From the NCBI GenBank assembly GCA_963798085.1, contig CAWCRS010000008.1, forward strand, positions 448,001 to 512,000: a DNA stretch of 64,000 bases. Direction: 5' to 3'. The notes below the pieces were generated by a model. It did no database searches, was not told the origin of the DNA, and was given only the letters and a program-made list of their open reading frames with translations. The stretch comes from an uncultured Gemmatimonadales bacterium. GTDB lineage: Bacteria > Gemmatimonadota > Gemmatimonadetes > Longimicrobiales > RSA9. Positions 9,628-20,083 of the stretch are shown here, in pieces (within the stretch, counting starts at the first letter, position 1; each line of letters opens with the position of its first letter). The position numbers were made by a program, and so were the translations under genes.

Positions 9628-12303
9628 TCATTCGCTGCGCAGCACGCGGATGGGATCGAGGCGCAGTGCGCGCGCCAGCGGCACCAGACAGGCGAGCAGC
9701 GCGCTCAACAGCATGACGCCCGTGACGCCGGCGAAGGTCAACGGGTCGAGCGGGCTGACTTCAAACAGCAGATTGCGCAGCACGCCCGAACCCGCGAGTG
9801 CGGCGGACAGGCCCAGCGCAATGCCGGCCAGCGTCAGCGCCAAACCATGGCGCAACACCAGCAGCGCGATGACGCCGGCGCGTGCACCCAGCGCCCGGCG
9901 TATGCCCAGCTCGCGCACTCGCTCACCGACAGCGCAGGAAAGCGTGCCGTAGAGGCCGATGGCGCCGAGCAGGAGCGCCAGTGTCGCGAACACCTCGAGC
10001 AGCTGCAGCGTGAAGCGCGGTCGCGCCAGCGAGCCGTGCATTACGTCTTCCATGGTCTGGAGGCCGATCACGGGCATGCCGGCATCGAGCGAGCGCACAA
10101 TGTCACGCAATGCGGGCGCGAGCGCGCCCGCGTCGCCGTCGGTACGGGCAACGAACGTCAGACCGCGCGGCGTGTAGCCCAGCGAGCCTGCGGACTGCGC
10201 CAGCGGGACGTACCAGGCGGGGCGCTGGTCGGCGTCCAGCAATGCGTAGCGCACGTCATCCACTACACCAACAACAGTGAGCCACGGCCCGCCGTCGAAA
10301 CCGCTCTCCCGCAGGCGCCGGCCGAGCGGGCTCTGACCCGGCCAGAACATGCGGGCCAGCGTGCGATTCACCAGCGCGACGGGCGCAGCGCTCTGGCGGT
10401 CCGCATCGGTAAACGCGCGTCCCTCCACCACACGGGTGTGCATGGCATCCAGATAGCCCGCCGAGATCGCAATGAGGTCCCCGCTGGAAGCCGGTTCGCC
10501 CGGTGCTCGCGGTGGGCGGCCCTCGACGTCGAAATCCGTATTGCCCGGCCGCCCGTGCAGCGGAAGCGTTGACGTCGCGCCCGCAGCGCGCACGCCGGGC
10601 AGCGCGCGCATGCGTTCGCGCATGGCATCCATGAAAGCGACGACGCGACTCGAGTCCGCGTAGTCCGCGCGCGGCAGCGACAGATCCAGGCTCACCACAC
10701 CGCGCACATCGAACCCGGGTTGCACGGCGGCAAGCGCGAGAAAGCTGCGCAGCACGAGACCGGCGGCGGAGACGAGCGTCATGGCCAGCGCCACCTGCGC
10801 CACCACGAGACCGCTGCGCAGGCGGGCGCGCCCGCCGCCCTGTGTGCTGCTGCGGTCGCCATCGCGCAACGCACGCTGCGGCTCGACGGCGGACGCGCGC
10901 CAGGCGGGCGCGCTGCCGGACAGCAGCGCGGCCAGCAGCGACACGGCGCTCGCGAACAGCACGACGCCGGCATCCACGCGGACGCCCGCGGCACGCGGCA
11001 GGGAACCGCCCGCGCTGGCCAGGATCGCGCCCAGCCCGGCCCGCGCGAAAAGCAGGCCCAGTGCACCGCCCAGCAGCGCGACCAGCAGGCCCTCGGTCAG
11101 GAACTGCTGCACGAGCCGGGCCCGGCCTGCGCCCAGCGCCGTGCGCACGGCTACTTCCCGGGCGCGCGCCGCGCCCCTGGCTAACAGAATGCTTGCGACA
11201 TTGGCGCAGCCGATGAGCAACAGTATGCAGACTGCTCCGAGCAGCACGAAGAGCGCCGGGCGCACCGGGCCCGTGACGTCATCCGTCAGGCTGCTCAGAT
11301 AGAGGAAGTGGCCGGTGTGGATGTTCGGGTACTCGATCTTCCACCGGGCCATGAGCGCGGACATTTCGCGGCTCGCGGAGACCAGCGTGCCCCCCGGCCG
11401 CAGGCGCCCCACAGCGGTGAGGAAGTGCGAGGAGCGGTTGTCGCGCACCGCCGGATCCAGGCCGAGCGTCGCCCACAGCTGCACGTTCTCATCGGGGAAG
11501 GCAAACCCCGCGGGCATCACGCCCACGACCTGCCATGGCTTGCCGTTGATGCGCACCGTACGACCAATGATAGTGGGGTCGGCGCCGAAGGCAGCGCGCC
11601 ACAGCGCGTTGCCGAGAATCGCGACCGGCGCACCGCCCGGCGCATCCTCCTCCACCGTGAAACTGCGACCCAGCTCGGGCGAGACACGCAACACGGCAAA
11701 CAGATTCGCTGTTATCAATGCGGCATGTACGCGAATGGGTTGGCCGTCGTCGCGCACCAGCGTGGCGCCGCTCACCTGACTGGCCGCGACATCCTCCAGC
11801 GAATGGTTCTGCGCGCGATAGTCGAAGTACTCGGGCGGCGAGAGCACGAAGCGCGGAAAATCGAAGCCGCTCTCGGGCAGGAACCGGCCCCACACCGAGA
11901 CCAGACGGTCCGCCTGCGGGTAAGGGAGTGGCGCGAGCAGCACGCCCTTCACCACGCTGAACAATGCCACCGTCGCGCCCACGCCGAGCGCCAGGGTGAG
12001 CACAGCAACCAGCGACAGGCCCGGTGTGCGTCGCAGCACGCGCAGCCCGTGACCCACATCGCGCACGAAGTCCTCAATGCGGCGGGTGCCACGGGCATCA
12101 CGCGTCTCCTCGCGAAACCGGTCGGCCGCGCCGAACGCGTGTGCCGCCTCGGCCCTCGCCTGCGCCGGCGTCATGCCCGCACCCACGTTCTCCGCGACCT
12201 GCGACTCCATGTGGAAACGCAGCTCGTCTTCCATTTCGCGCTCCACGCGACGCCGCAGCAGCAGCGAGCGCAGCACTTCCCACCAGCCCTGCAGCCGCGA
12301 CAT
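9628..12303 (-). CDS. Duplicated orphan ABC permease with permease-prefix domain
   Basis: EMEDELRFHM..AGMTPAQARAEA..AFG prefix; LLIGCANVASILLARG; RELGIRRALGA; ATG at 12303 immediately after the padR stop. Confidence 0.92.
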   Translation of the reverse strand: MSRLQGWWEVLRSLLLRRRVEREMEDELRFHMESQVAENVGAGMTPAQARAEAAHAFGAADRFREETRDARGTRRIEDFVRDVGHGLRVLRRTPGLSLVAVLTLALGVGATVALFSVVKGVLLAPLPYPQADRLVSVWGRFLPESGFDFPRFVLSPPEYFDYRAQNHSLEDVAASQVSGATLVRDDGQPIRVHAALITANLFAVLRVSPELGRSFTVEEDAPGGAPVAILGNALWRAAFGADPTIIGRTVRINGKPWQVVGVMPAGFAFPDENVQLWATLGLDPAVRDNRSSHFLTAVGRLRPGGTLVSASREMSALMARWKIEYPNIHTGHFLYLSSLTDDVTGPVRPALFVLLGAVCILLLIGCANVASILLARGAARAREVAVRTALGAGRARLVQQFLTEGLLVALLGGALGLLFARAGLGAILASAGGSLPRAAGVRVDAGVVLFASAVSLLAALLSGSAPAWRASAVEPQRALRDGDRSSTQGGGRARLRSGLVVAQVALAMTLVSAAGLVLRSFLALAAVQPGFDVRGVVSLDLSLPRADYADSSRVVAFMDAMRERMRALPGVRAAGATSTLPLHGRPGNTDFDVEGRPPRAPGEPASSGDLIAISAGYLDAMHTRVVEGRAFTDADRQSAAPVALVNRTLARMFWPGQSPLGRRLRESGFDGGPWLTVVGVVDDVRYALLDADQRPAWYVPLAQSAGSLGYTPRGLTFVARTDGDAGALAPALRDIVRSLDAGMPVIGLQTMEDVMHGSLARPRFTLQLLEVFATLALLLGAIGLYGTLSCAVGERVRELGIRRALGARAGVIALLVLRHGLALTLAGIALGLSAALAGSGVLRNLLFEVSPLDPLTFAGVTGVMLLSALLACLVPLARALRLDPIRVLRSE

Positions 12304-12305
12304 GC

Positions 12306-12653
12306 TCAGCCCTCCTGTGCGGAGAAGTGCAGAATGCGGTTCACCGCGCCCGCCGCGTTCTCCCACGCCGCGGATTCCGCCGCCAGCTGCTTGCGCCCGG
12401 ACGCAGTCAGCTCGTAGTAGCGCGCCCGCCGGTTGTTCGCCGTCACCCGCCACTGCGAGCGGATCCAGCCTTTCCGCTTCATGCGCTGCAGCGCCGGATA
12501 CAGCGAACCCTGGTTCACATCGAACACGCCCTGCGAGAGGTCGCGGATGCGCTGGGCAATGCCCCAGCCGTGCATCGGCTCCAGCGTCAGCGTCTTCAGC
12601 ACCAGCATTTCCAGCGTGCCCTGGAGCAATTCGGCGGGCGACGGCTCGGCCAT
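12306..12653 (-). CDS. PadR family transcriptional regulator (acidobacterial type)
   Basis: LLQGTLEMLVLKTL..EPMHGWGIAQRI, QGSLYPALQRM, NNRRARYYELTASGRKQL. Confidence 0.95.
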   Translation of the reverse strand: MAEPSPAELLQGTLEMLVLKTLTLEPMHGWGIAQRIRDLSQGVFDVNQGSLYPALQRMKRKGWIRSQWRVTANNRRARYYELTASGRKQLAAESAAWENAAGAVNRILHFSAQEG

Positions 12654-12670
12654 GGTCGGCGGGCTCCTGT

Positions 12671-12724
12671 TCCTGTTGGCGGTCGACAGAAATATGGGGC
12701 CACGAGTGTAGACCGTCAACAGGA
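12671..12724. promoter_or_regulatory. Two imperfect palindromes, candidate PadR operators
   Basis: CTGTTGGCGGTCGACAG (12673-12689) and GTGTAGACCGTCAACAG (12706-12722); with flanks they form an 18-bp inverted pair with 2 mismatches. Confidence 0.65.
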
Positions 12725-12889
12725 GCGGGACGGCGCGGAGCGCACGCCGGGGCGGGCAGGCTTGACGCGCGCGCCCGGGGCGCTCGATTGTTGGGCCGGA
12801 GAAGGAACGCGAAACCCGTTCGCGGCCCCCGCCATCCAATGTTTTCGGGCGCTGTCGTGATGGACGGGACCACGGGACCAGGAGGCAAC

Positions 12890-15661
12890 ATGAGAGGCTC
12901 GCGGCTGCGGCGCAGTGGGCTGCTGACCCTGCTGTTCTGCCTGTACGCGGCTGCGCCGGCGCGGGCGCAGCAGAAGCCGGCGGTCACGCCGGAAGATTAC
13001 GGCAAGTTCGAGAACCTCGGCTTCGGCGGCGGCCTGTCGCCGGATGGCAAATGGCTGGCGGTTCCCATCGCGCGGGTGAACGACGAGAACGAGCTGCGCA
13101 TCCACCAGGTGGCGAGCGATTCCGTGGTCATCGTGCCCAACGGCCAGCAGGTGGCGTTTTCGCGCGATGGCCGCTGGGCGGCGTGGATCATCGGCCACTC
13201 CGGGAAGGAGCTGCAGGCAGCGGAGAAGACGCACCAGACGCTGCACGCGAAGCTGGGGCTCATGAACCTGGCGACGGGCCAGCTGGAGATGGTGAACGAG
13301 ATCGCCAGCTTCAGCTTCAGCGGGGACGGCCGGTTCCTGGCCATGCGCGGCTACATGGGGAAGGACCAGAAGAACAAGGGCGTGGACCTGATCGTGCGTG
13401 ACCTGGCGACCGGTACTAACACATCGTTTGGTGACGCCGACGAATACGGCTGGCAGGATCAGGGGCATCAGCTGGCGTTCACCATCGATGCCGGGACGCG
13501 GGCGGGCAACGGCGTCAAGCTGTACGACCCGTCCAGCGGCGTGCTGCGCAGCCTGGATTCCGACACGGCCGGTTACAGCAGCCTGACGTGGCGTCCGAAG
13601 TCGGCAGACCTGGCCGTACTGCGGGTGCACAACGACAGCACGCGCCAGGATCCCGGGTACGTGGTGCTGGCCTGGACCGGCCTGGGCAGCCCGAAGCCCG
13701 CCGCGTACACCATGGATCCGGCGCGCCAGGCCGGCTTCCCGCCCGACATGCGTGTGGTCGACTATCGCGGCCTGGACTGGGCGAAGGATGGCAACACACT
13801 GTTATTCGGGATCAAGGAATGGCTGCCGAAGGAGAAGCCGGATTCCGCCTCGAAGAACGAGGACAGCGACAAGCCGGGCGTGGAGATCTGGCACGCGAAA
13901 GACGTCGACATCATGCCCGAGCAGAAGCTGAGCGCCACGCGCGACCGGCAGCGCAACTTCCTGTCGGCGTGGCACCCGCAGAGCGGTCGCTTCGTGCAGG
14001 TCGCCAACGACCTGACCGAAGATGCGACACCGGCGCGTGCGGGGGACCGGGCCCTGGCCATGGACGCGACGCCCTACGAGCGCGAGAAAATGTTCGCGCC
14101 CGACTATCGCGATCTCTACGTGGTCGACATGAACACGGGCGAGCGCACGGAAGTGAAGAAGCGCGTGCAGTTTCCCATGGGCATCTCGCCCAGCGGCCGT
14201 TATCTGCTGTACCTGGACCAGGGCGCGTACCAGGTCTATGACGCCGTGAAGAAGACGACGACGAACATCACGGGCAGCATCAGGACCTCGTTCGTGAATA
14301 CGGACGATGATCACACGGTCAGCGAGAAACCGCCGTATGGCACGGGCGGCTGGACGACGGGCGAGGCGGGCGTGCTGCTGTACGACAAGTTCGACATCTG
14401 GGAGGTCTCGCCCGACGGGTCGAAAGCTACCCGCCTGACGGATGGCGCGGCGGACCAGGTGCGCTCGCGCATGGTCTATCTCGATCTCGATGAGGACTAT
14501 CGTGATCTGTCGAAGCCCAACTACGTGGCGCTGTACGGAGAACGTACCAAGAAGTTCGGCTACGGCACCGTGCAGCGCGGCAAGCCGGAGCAGCGGCTGG
14601 TGTACGTGGATCACAATGTGAGCCGTCTGGCGAAGGCCAAGGATGCGCCGGTGTTCGCATACACCATCATGGACTTCGACGACTCGCCCGACTTCTTCGT
14701 GGGCAGCCCGGCACTGACGGACGCCCACCAGGTCACGCACACGAACGTGTTCCAGGCGGATTACGCCTGGGGTCATGCGCAGCTCGTCGACTTCAACAAT
14801 GCCGAGGGCAAGCCGCTGCAGGCGTCGCTCTATTATCCGGCGAACTACGACCCCGCGAAGAAGTACCCGATGATCGTGTACATCTACGAGATCACGTCCA
14901 ACACCGTACACAACTGGACCGCGCCATCGGAACGCAATCCTTACGATCCATCGGTGTGGACGGCGGAAGGCTACTTCGTGCTGCAGCCGGATATCGTGTA
15001 CCGCGACCGCAATCCCGGTCTCTCCGCGGTGGACTGCATTCTGCCCGCAGTGGACCGGATCGCGTCCATGGGCCTCATCGATCCGAAGAAGGTGGGCCTC
15101 GTGGGCCACTCGTGGGGTGGCTATCAGACCGCGTTCGTGGGCACCGTAACAGACAAGTTCGCAGCCGCCGTGGCCGGCGCACCGCTCACCGAGCTGGCCA
15201 GCATGTACCTGTCGATCTACTGGAACTCGGGCGGCACCAATGCCCGCATCTTCGAGATCAGTCAGGGCCGCATGGAGGTTCCGCCCTGGCAGGACCCCAC
15301 GGACTACATGAAGAATTCGGCGGTGTGGAACATTGAGAAGATGACCACGCCCATGCTGGTGACGTTCGGCGACAAGGATGGCGCCGTGGACTGGCACCAG
15401 GGCATCGAGATGTACAATGCCGCGCGCCGCGCCGACAAGGAACTCGTGCTGCTCGTGTACGAGGGCGAAAACCATGGCCTGGCGAAGAAAGCCAATCAGA
15501 TCGACTATCACCGCCGCGTGATGGCCTGGTTCAATCACTACCTGCGTGGTGATCCCGCGCCCGACTGGATGACGAAGGGCGTGAAGTTCCTCGACAGGGA
15601 CAAGGAGATCAAGCGCGCGATTACCACGAAGCCCATCAGTGATGGGAGCCGCCACAACTGA
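12890..15661 (+). CDS. Secreted S9 family (prolyl oligopeptidase / dipeptidyl peptidase-like) serine peptidase
   Basis: GGAGG RBS and ATG at 12890; signal peptide ending ARA-QQ; SPDGKW propeller repeats; GHSWGG nucleophile, DGAV, ENHG catalytic motifs. Confidence 0.93.
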   Translation: MRGSRLRRSGLLTLLFCLYAAAPARAQQKPAVTPEDYGKFENLGFGGGLSPDGKWLAVPIARVNDENELRIHQVASDSVVIVPNGQQVAFSRDGRWAAWIIGHSGKELQAAEKTHQTLHAKLGLMNLATGQLEMVNEIASFSFSGDGRFLAMRGYMGKDQKNKGVDLIVRDLATGTNTSFGDADEYGWQDQGHQLAFTIDAGTRAGNGVKLYDPSSGVLRSLDSDTAGYSSLTWRPKSADLAVLRVHNDSTRQDPGYVVLAWTGLGSPKPAAYTMDPARQAGFPPDMRVVDYRGLDWAKDGNTLLFGIKEWLPKEKPDSASKNEDSDKPGVEIWHAKDVDIMPEQKLSATRDRQRNFLSAWHPQSGRFVQVANDLTEDATPARAGDRALAMDATPYEREKMFAPDYRDLYVVDMNTGERTEVKKRVQFPMGISPSGRYLLYLDQGAYQVYDAVKKTTTNITGSIRTSFVNTDDDHTVSEKPPYGTGGWTTGEAGVLLYDKFDIWEVSPDGSKATRLTDGAADQVRSRMVYLDLDEDYRDLSKPNYVALYGERTKKFGYGTVQRGKPEQRLVYVDHNVSRLAKAKDAPVFAYTIMDFDDSPDFFVGSPALTDAHQVTHTNVFQADYAWGHAQLVDFNNAEGKPLQASLYYPANYDPAKKYPMIVYIYEITSNTVHNWTAPSERNPYDPSVWTAEGYFVLQPDIVYRDRNPGLSAVDCILPAVDRIASMGLIDPKKVGLVGHSWGGYQTAFVGTVTDKFAAAVAGAPLTELASMYLSIYWNSGGTNARIFEISQGRMEVPPWQDPTDYMKNSAVWNIEKMTTPMLVTFGDKDGAVDWHQGIEMYNAARRADKELVLLVYEGENHGLAKKANQIDYHRRVMAWFNHYLRGDPAPDWMTKGVKFLDRDKEIKRAITTKPISDGSRHN

Positions 15662-15688
15662 TTTCCGGCGACGCTTCTCTTTCCAGTG

Positions 15689-15726
15689 CCGGCGCGGTGG
15701 GAGCCTGTCTGCCGCGCCGGTTTTTT
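15689..15726 (+). terminator. Rho-independent terminator
   Basis: CCGGCGCGG ... CCGCGCCGG stem followed by TTTTTT. Confidence 0.8.
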
Positions 15727-15896
15727 CGTTCTGACATGTTGACGACACAAACGGAACGCAGCCGTCAGGCGTCCTGTATCTCGGTCGCAGGGGCAACTGC
15801 GCTCGCCTTGCACAAGCAGGGCCCGCGCCGCGTGGGCGCGATCGTTTGCTGCCGCACGCGATGGAGTCGAGCACCATCCATGCAATCGGAGGACGG

Positions 15897-17418
15897 GTGA
15901 AGCAGGGGACGCCAACGCTGCGCGGGCGTGCCATGCCGGCATTGCTGGCGGCGCTGTTCACGCTGCCCGGATACGCAGCGCCGGCGGGTACGACGCAACC
16001 GGTGCGCGCGTACACGTTCCATCACGAGAACGTGCTGGGCACATCGCTCGAGCTGACGTTCGTCAGTGCATCGGCGGACGCCGCTGTCCGGGCGGAGTCG
16101 GTGGCGCTCGCGGAGATCGAGCGTGTGCGGCGCGTGATCAGCACGTGGGACAGCACCAGCGAGGCCTCACGCCTGATCGCGACAGGTCATCTGGACCCTG
16201 CCTCACCCGAGCTGCTCGACGTGCTCCGTCTGTATGACGCGTGGCAGGCGCGCAGCGGCGGCGCCTGGTCGGCGCGGGTGGGCGAGCTGACGGCACTGTG
16301 GCGTCAGGCCGAGCGCGCGGGCCGCGCGCCATCCCCAAACACTCTGCTAGACAGGGCAGCGGCCAGCGCCGGCCCGGCCTGGCGCATCGACCCGCGCACG
16401 GGCGGGGTCACGGCGCTCACCCGCCACGCGCTCGACCTCAACTCGCTGGGCAAGGGTTACATACTGGGCCGCGCCGAGGCCGCGGTCCGTGCGGCCGTGC
16501 CCGGGGTGCGCGGTGGCCTGCTCGACATTGGCGGCGATGTCCGCACCTGGGGTGATGCGCCCGCCGGCGCTGCCGGGGCATGGCGAGTCGCGGTCGCCAA
16601 CCCGCAGGATCCCGCCGACAATGCCGCGCCGCTCACACTGCTGCGCGTGCACGATGCCGCGGTGTCCAGCAGCGGCAGCTACGCGCGCGGCTTCGACATC
16701 GCTGGCCATCACTACTCGCATATCATCGATGCGCGTACCGGTCAGACCGCGGAAGGCAACAGCGGCGTTACCGTGATCGCAGCCGACAATGCCACGGCGA
16801 ATGCGCTGGCCACCACACTTTCCGTGCTCTCTCCCGCGGAAGGCCTGCGCCTGGTCGCCAGCGAGCCGGGCGCGGAAGCGCTGATCATCACGGGTCAGGG
16901 CGAACAGTATCGGTCGCCGGGTTTCGCGGCGTACGAGTCGCCGCCTGCGCAGCAGTCCGCAGCCCGCGACCCCGGGCCGGGCAGCGTCACCGCGGGTGAT
17001 GGAGATCAATGTGACGCCCGGCAGCTGGAACCGGCACCGCCCCTACGTCGCCGCCTGGGTGACGGACACGACGGGCCAGCACGTGCGCACGCTCGCATTC
17101 TGGGGCAACCGACCCAAGTACCAGCGTGAGCTGAGCCGCTGGTGGTCCCTGGCCGCCGGGGACTACGAGCTGATCAATGCGGTGACCCGCGCCACGCGCC
17201 CGGCGGGCAGGTACACGCTCGAGTGGGACGGCCTGGATCAGCAGGGCAAGGCTGTGCCGCCCGGACCGTACATGTTCTGGCTGGAAGCGGCGTACGAGAA
17301 TGGCCCGCACAGCTACAAGTCGGTCACAGTGAGCTGTGCCGCCATGGCGGGCAGCGGCAGCATCGACGCGGCGGCCGCCTTCACGGGCGCCCAGGTGCAC
17401 TGCGGAACGGGGAGTTAG
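15897..17418 (+). CDS. apbE: FAD:protein FMN transferase (ApbE) fused to DUF2271-like domain; 1-bp frameshift at about 16995
   Basis: ENVLGTS, LDLNSLGKGY, DIGGD, SSSGSYARG, YSHIIDART, ANALAT ApbE motifs; second frame RPYVAAWV..VRTLAFWG..L..WW..AVTRATRPAGRYTLEWDG is DUF2271-like; deleting one G from GGG at 16994-16996 fuses the two. Confidence 0.82.
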
Positions 17419-17427
17419 GCGCCCGCG

Positions 17428-18011
17428 ATGCATCGTCCCTACAGTCACGTCGTCAAATGGAGCCGGACCGTACACATCTACGTGACCATGTACGCGTTCG
17501 TGCTCATGATGTTCTTCGCGTTCACAGGCTTCGTGCTGAACCATGAGGACTGGTTCACCCGCCACGAAGCAGCTCCCGTGGAAACGACCGTCACGATTCC
17601 GGCGCCGCTGCTGGCTGCGCCGGACAGGCTGGGGATCGTCGAGCTGCTGCGCGCCGACTACGGCGCGGTGGGCGCGGTGTCGACGTTCGACGTCGAGCCG
17701 GACGCGCTGCACATGGAATGGCCGGGCCGGGCAGGCACACGGACGTCGAGATCGAGCGCGCCAGCGGCGAGGCACGCATCACAGTCGAGCGCCGCGGCTG
17801 GCTCGTGCGCCTGGACGACCTGCATCGCGGCAAGAACAGTGGCAGGGGCTGGAGCTGGCTGATCGACATTTCCGCCATTGCCCTGTTCGCCGGCTCGCTC
17901 ACCGGCATCCTCATGTGGATCGGCCTGCCGCGGCGGCGCACGCTCGGCATCATTGCCCTGGCCGTCAGCATCGCCAGCTGCCTCGGGCTGTACTGGCTGT
18001 TCGTGCCCTGA
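17428..18011 (+). CDS. PepSY-associated TM helix membrane protein; 1-bp frameshift at about 17720
   Basis: RTVHIYVTM..FFAFTGFVLNH and, in the next frame, GPGRHTDV..RLDDLHRGKNSGRGWSWLIDISA; adding one G at 17720-17721 joins them. Confidence 0.8.
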
Positions 18012-18206
18012 CCACAAGTCAGGCGAGCGCGCCCGAACGGCTCGGCGTCGCTGCCGCCGCGCCCAGCGGCTGATCCGCCCCGTCGCCTGATCCCCCGCCG
18101 GTTGCGTTCCGTCCCGGCCGCGCTTGCCGCGCCCCGCATTACGCCGTTAGGCTGGCGCAGCGCCGAACGCGCCGGCGTCCGATCCCAGCTGCCCCGCGAG
18201 GAACGC

Positions 18207-20045
18207 ATGAAACAGCGAGTTGCGTTGTCGACACTCAGCTTGCTGGCGGCGACCGCGCTGCCCTGCGCGGCGAGGCGCGGGCCGGAGCACACTCGCCTGG
18301 CGAACGACGCACCCGCGGTGAGTGACGTCGCCTACGAGATCACATTCAATGCGGCGCTGGCCAGGGCGCGCATGGTGCACATCGCCATGTCGTTCACGGT
18401 GTCGGCGGCCGGTGAGGTCGGGCTGTCGCTGCCCGCGTGGACGCCGGGCGCGTACGAGATCAGCAACTTCGCGCGCAATGTCACGGCCTTCGCGGCCAAT
18501 GCGGCGGACAAGCCGCTGCGCTGGGACAAGCTCGACTTCGACACGTGGCGGGTGTGGCCCACGGCTGCGGGGCGCGTGCGCGTCAGCTTCGATTTCATGG
18601 CGGACTCGCTGGACAACGCCATGGCCTGGACGCGACCCGATTTCCTGCTGCTCAACGGCACGAACGTGTTCCTGTATCCGGAAGGCGGCACGTTCGAGTT
18701 TCCGGCCACGGTCACCGTGCGGACCGAGACCGGCTGGCACATAGCCACCAGCATGCACGCGCAGGGCGCGAACACCTTTCACGAGGCGAACTACCACGAT
18801 CTCGTGGACATGCCCTGGTTCATCGGCAACTTCGACCTGGACAGCATGCAGGTGGACGGACACTGGAGCCGGCTGGCCACGTATCCCGCCGGTGCGCTGG
18901 AGGGCGCGGCCCGCGACGAGTTCCGCGGGCAGATCGCGAAAATGACGCCGGCGCAGGCTGCGGTGTTCGGTGAGACCCCGTGGGACGTCTACAGCACCAT
19001 GATCATCTTCGACCCGAGCTACGGCGGGGGCAGTGCGCTGGAGCACCAGAGCTCGCACGTGGGCGTCTACAACCCCGGCTTCATCGGTAACCTCGTGTTA
19101 CCGCTGATCACGGCGCACGAGCAGTTCCACGCCTGGAACGTGAAGCGGCTGCGCCCGGCCGACATGTGGCCCTACCACTACAGCGCGCCGCAGCCCACGC
19201 CCTGGCTGTGGGTGAGCGAGGGGATAACCGACTATTACGCCGATCTCACAATGGTGCGCTCGGGCGTGGCGCCCGAGCCTGCCTTCTACGCCGTGACCTC
19301 GAGCAAGATCGGCTCGGTCGATCAGACGCCCGCCGTGGCGCTGGAAGACGCCTCGCTCAACGCCTGGATCCATCCGCGCGATGGCACGGACGCCATCTAC
19401 TACGCCAAGGGTTCGCTGGCCGGACTGCTGCTCGACATCCAGATCCGGGACGGCAGCGACAACCGCCACTCGCTGGACGACGTGCTGCGCGAGCTGTACC
19501 GATCGGATTACCGCAACGGCAGGGGCTTCACGGGCGACGACTGGTGGTCCGCCGTCGCGCGCGCCGCCGGCGGCCGTTCCTTCGCCGACTTCTACAGCCG
19601 CTACGTGGACGGGCGGGAACCGTTTCCATGGGCGGAAACACTACCCCTCGCCGGTATGATGCTGGTCGCGGACAGCGCGTGGCAGCCGCGCATTGGCGTG
19701 CAGATCGCCGAAGACTCGAGTGGCGTGCGCGTCAATGCCGTGACGCCCGGCAGCATGGCGGAGAAGGCAGGCGTGCAGCCCGGCGACTATCTCATCTCGA
19801 TCGGCGACATCGTGGTGAAGGATGTGTCCTTCGGCGACGCCTATCGCCGGCGCTACGACAGCGCGCAGGAAGGCACCGTGCTGCCCATCATGGTGCGGCG
19901 CGACGGCGGCGCGCTGACGCTCAACGGGCCGCTGCACCTGGAGCTGCAGGTCGAACGTCATGTGGAGCCGGATCCCTCGGCGGGCGCGAAGGCAGCGCGC
20001 ATCCGCGCTGGCATCATCCACGGCCACACCAATGGGGCGCGGTAA
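18207..20045 (+). CDS. M61 family glycyl aminopeptidase with C-terminal PDZ domain
   Basis: LPAWTPGAY, SALEH, AHEQFHAWNVKRLRP (HExxH), LWVSEGITDYY, YYAKG; PDZ segment VTPGSMAEKAGVQPGD. Confidence 0.93.
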   Translation: MKQRVALSTLSLLAATALPCAARRGPEHTRLANDAPAVSDVAYEITFNAALARARMVHIAMSFTVSAAGEVGLSLPAWTPGAYEISNFARNVTAFAANAADKPLRWDKLDFDTWRVWPTAAGRVRVSFDFMADSLDNAMAWTRPDFLLLNGTNVFLYPEGGTFEFPATVTVRTETGWHIATSMHAQGANTFHEANYHDLVDMPWFIGNFDLDSMQVDGHWSRLATYPAGALEGAARDEFRGQIAKMTPAQAAVFGETPWDVYSTMIIFDPSYGGGSALEHQSSHVGVYNPGFIGNLVLPLITAHEQFHAWNVKRLRPADMWPYHYSAPQPTPWLWVSEGITDYYADLTMVRSGVAPEPAFYAVTSSKIGSVDQTPAVALEDASLNAWIHPRDGTDAIYYAKGSLAGLLLDIQIRDGSDNRHSLDDVLRELYRSDYRNGRGFTGDDWWSAVARAAGGRSFADFYSRYVDGREPFPWAETLPLAGMMLVADSAWQPRIGVQIAEDSSGVRVNAVTPGSMAEKAGVQPGDYLISIGDIVVKDVSFGDAYRRRYDSAQEGTVLPIMVRRDGGALTLNGPLHLELQVERHVEPDPSAGAKAARIRAGIIHGHTNGAR

Positions 20046-20083
20046 CGGCTCGCTAACGAGGAGTCAGGCGCGGCACCGGACTC

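Noticed and set aside
12077..12987. Long N-terminal extensions of the S9 peptidase (from 12077) and the permease (to 12987)
   Set aside because: They overlap the convincing padR gene and have low-complexity Arg/Pro/Ala composition; better starts lie at 12890 and 12303.
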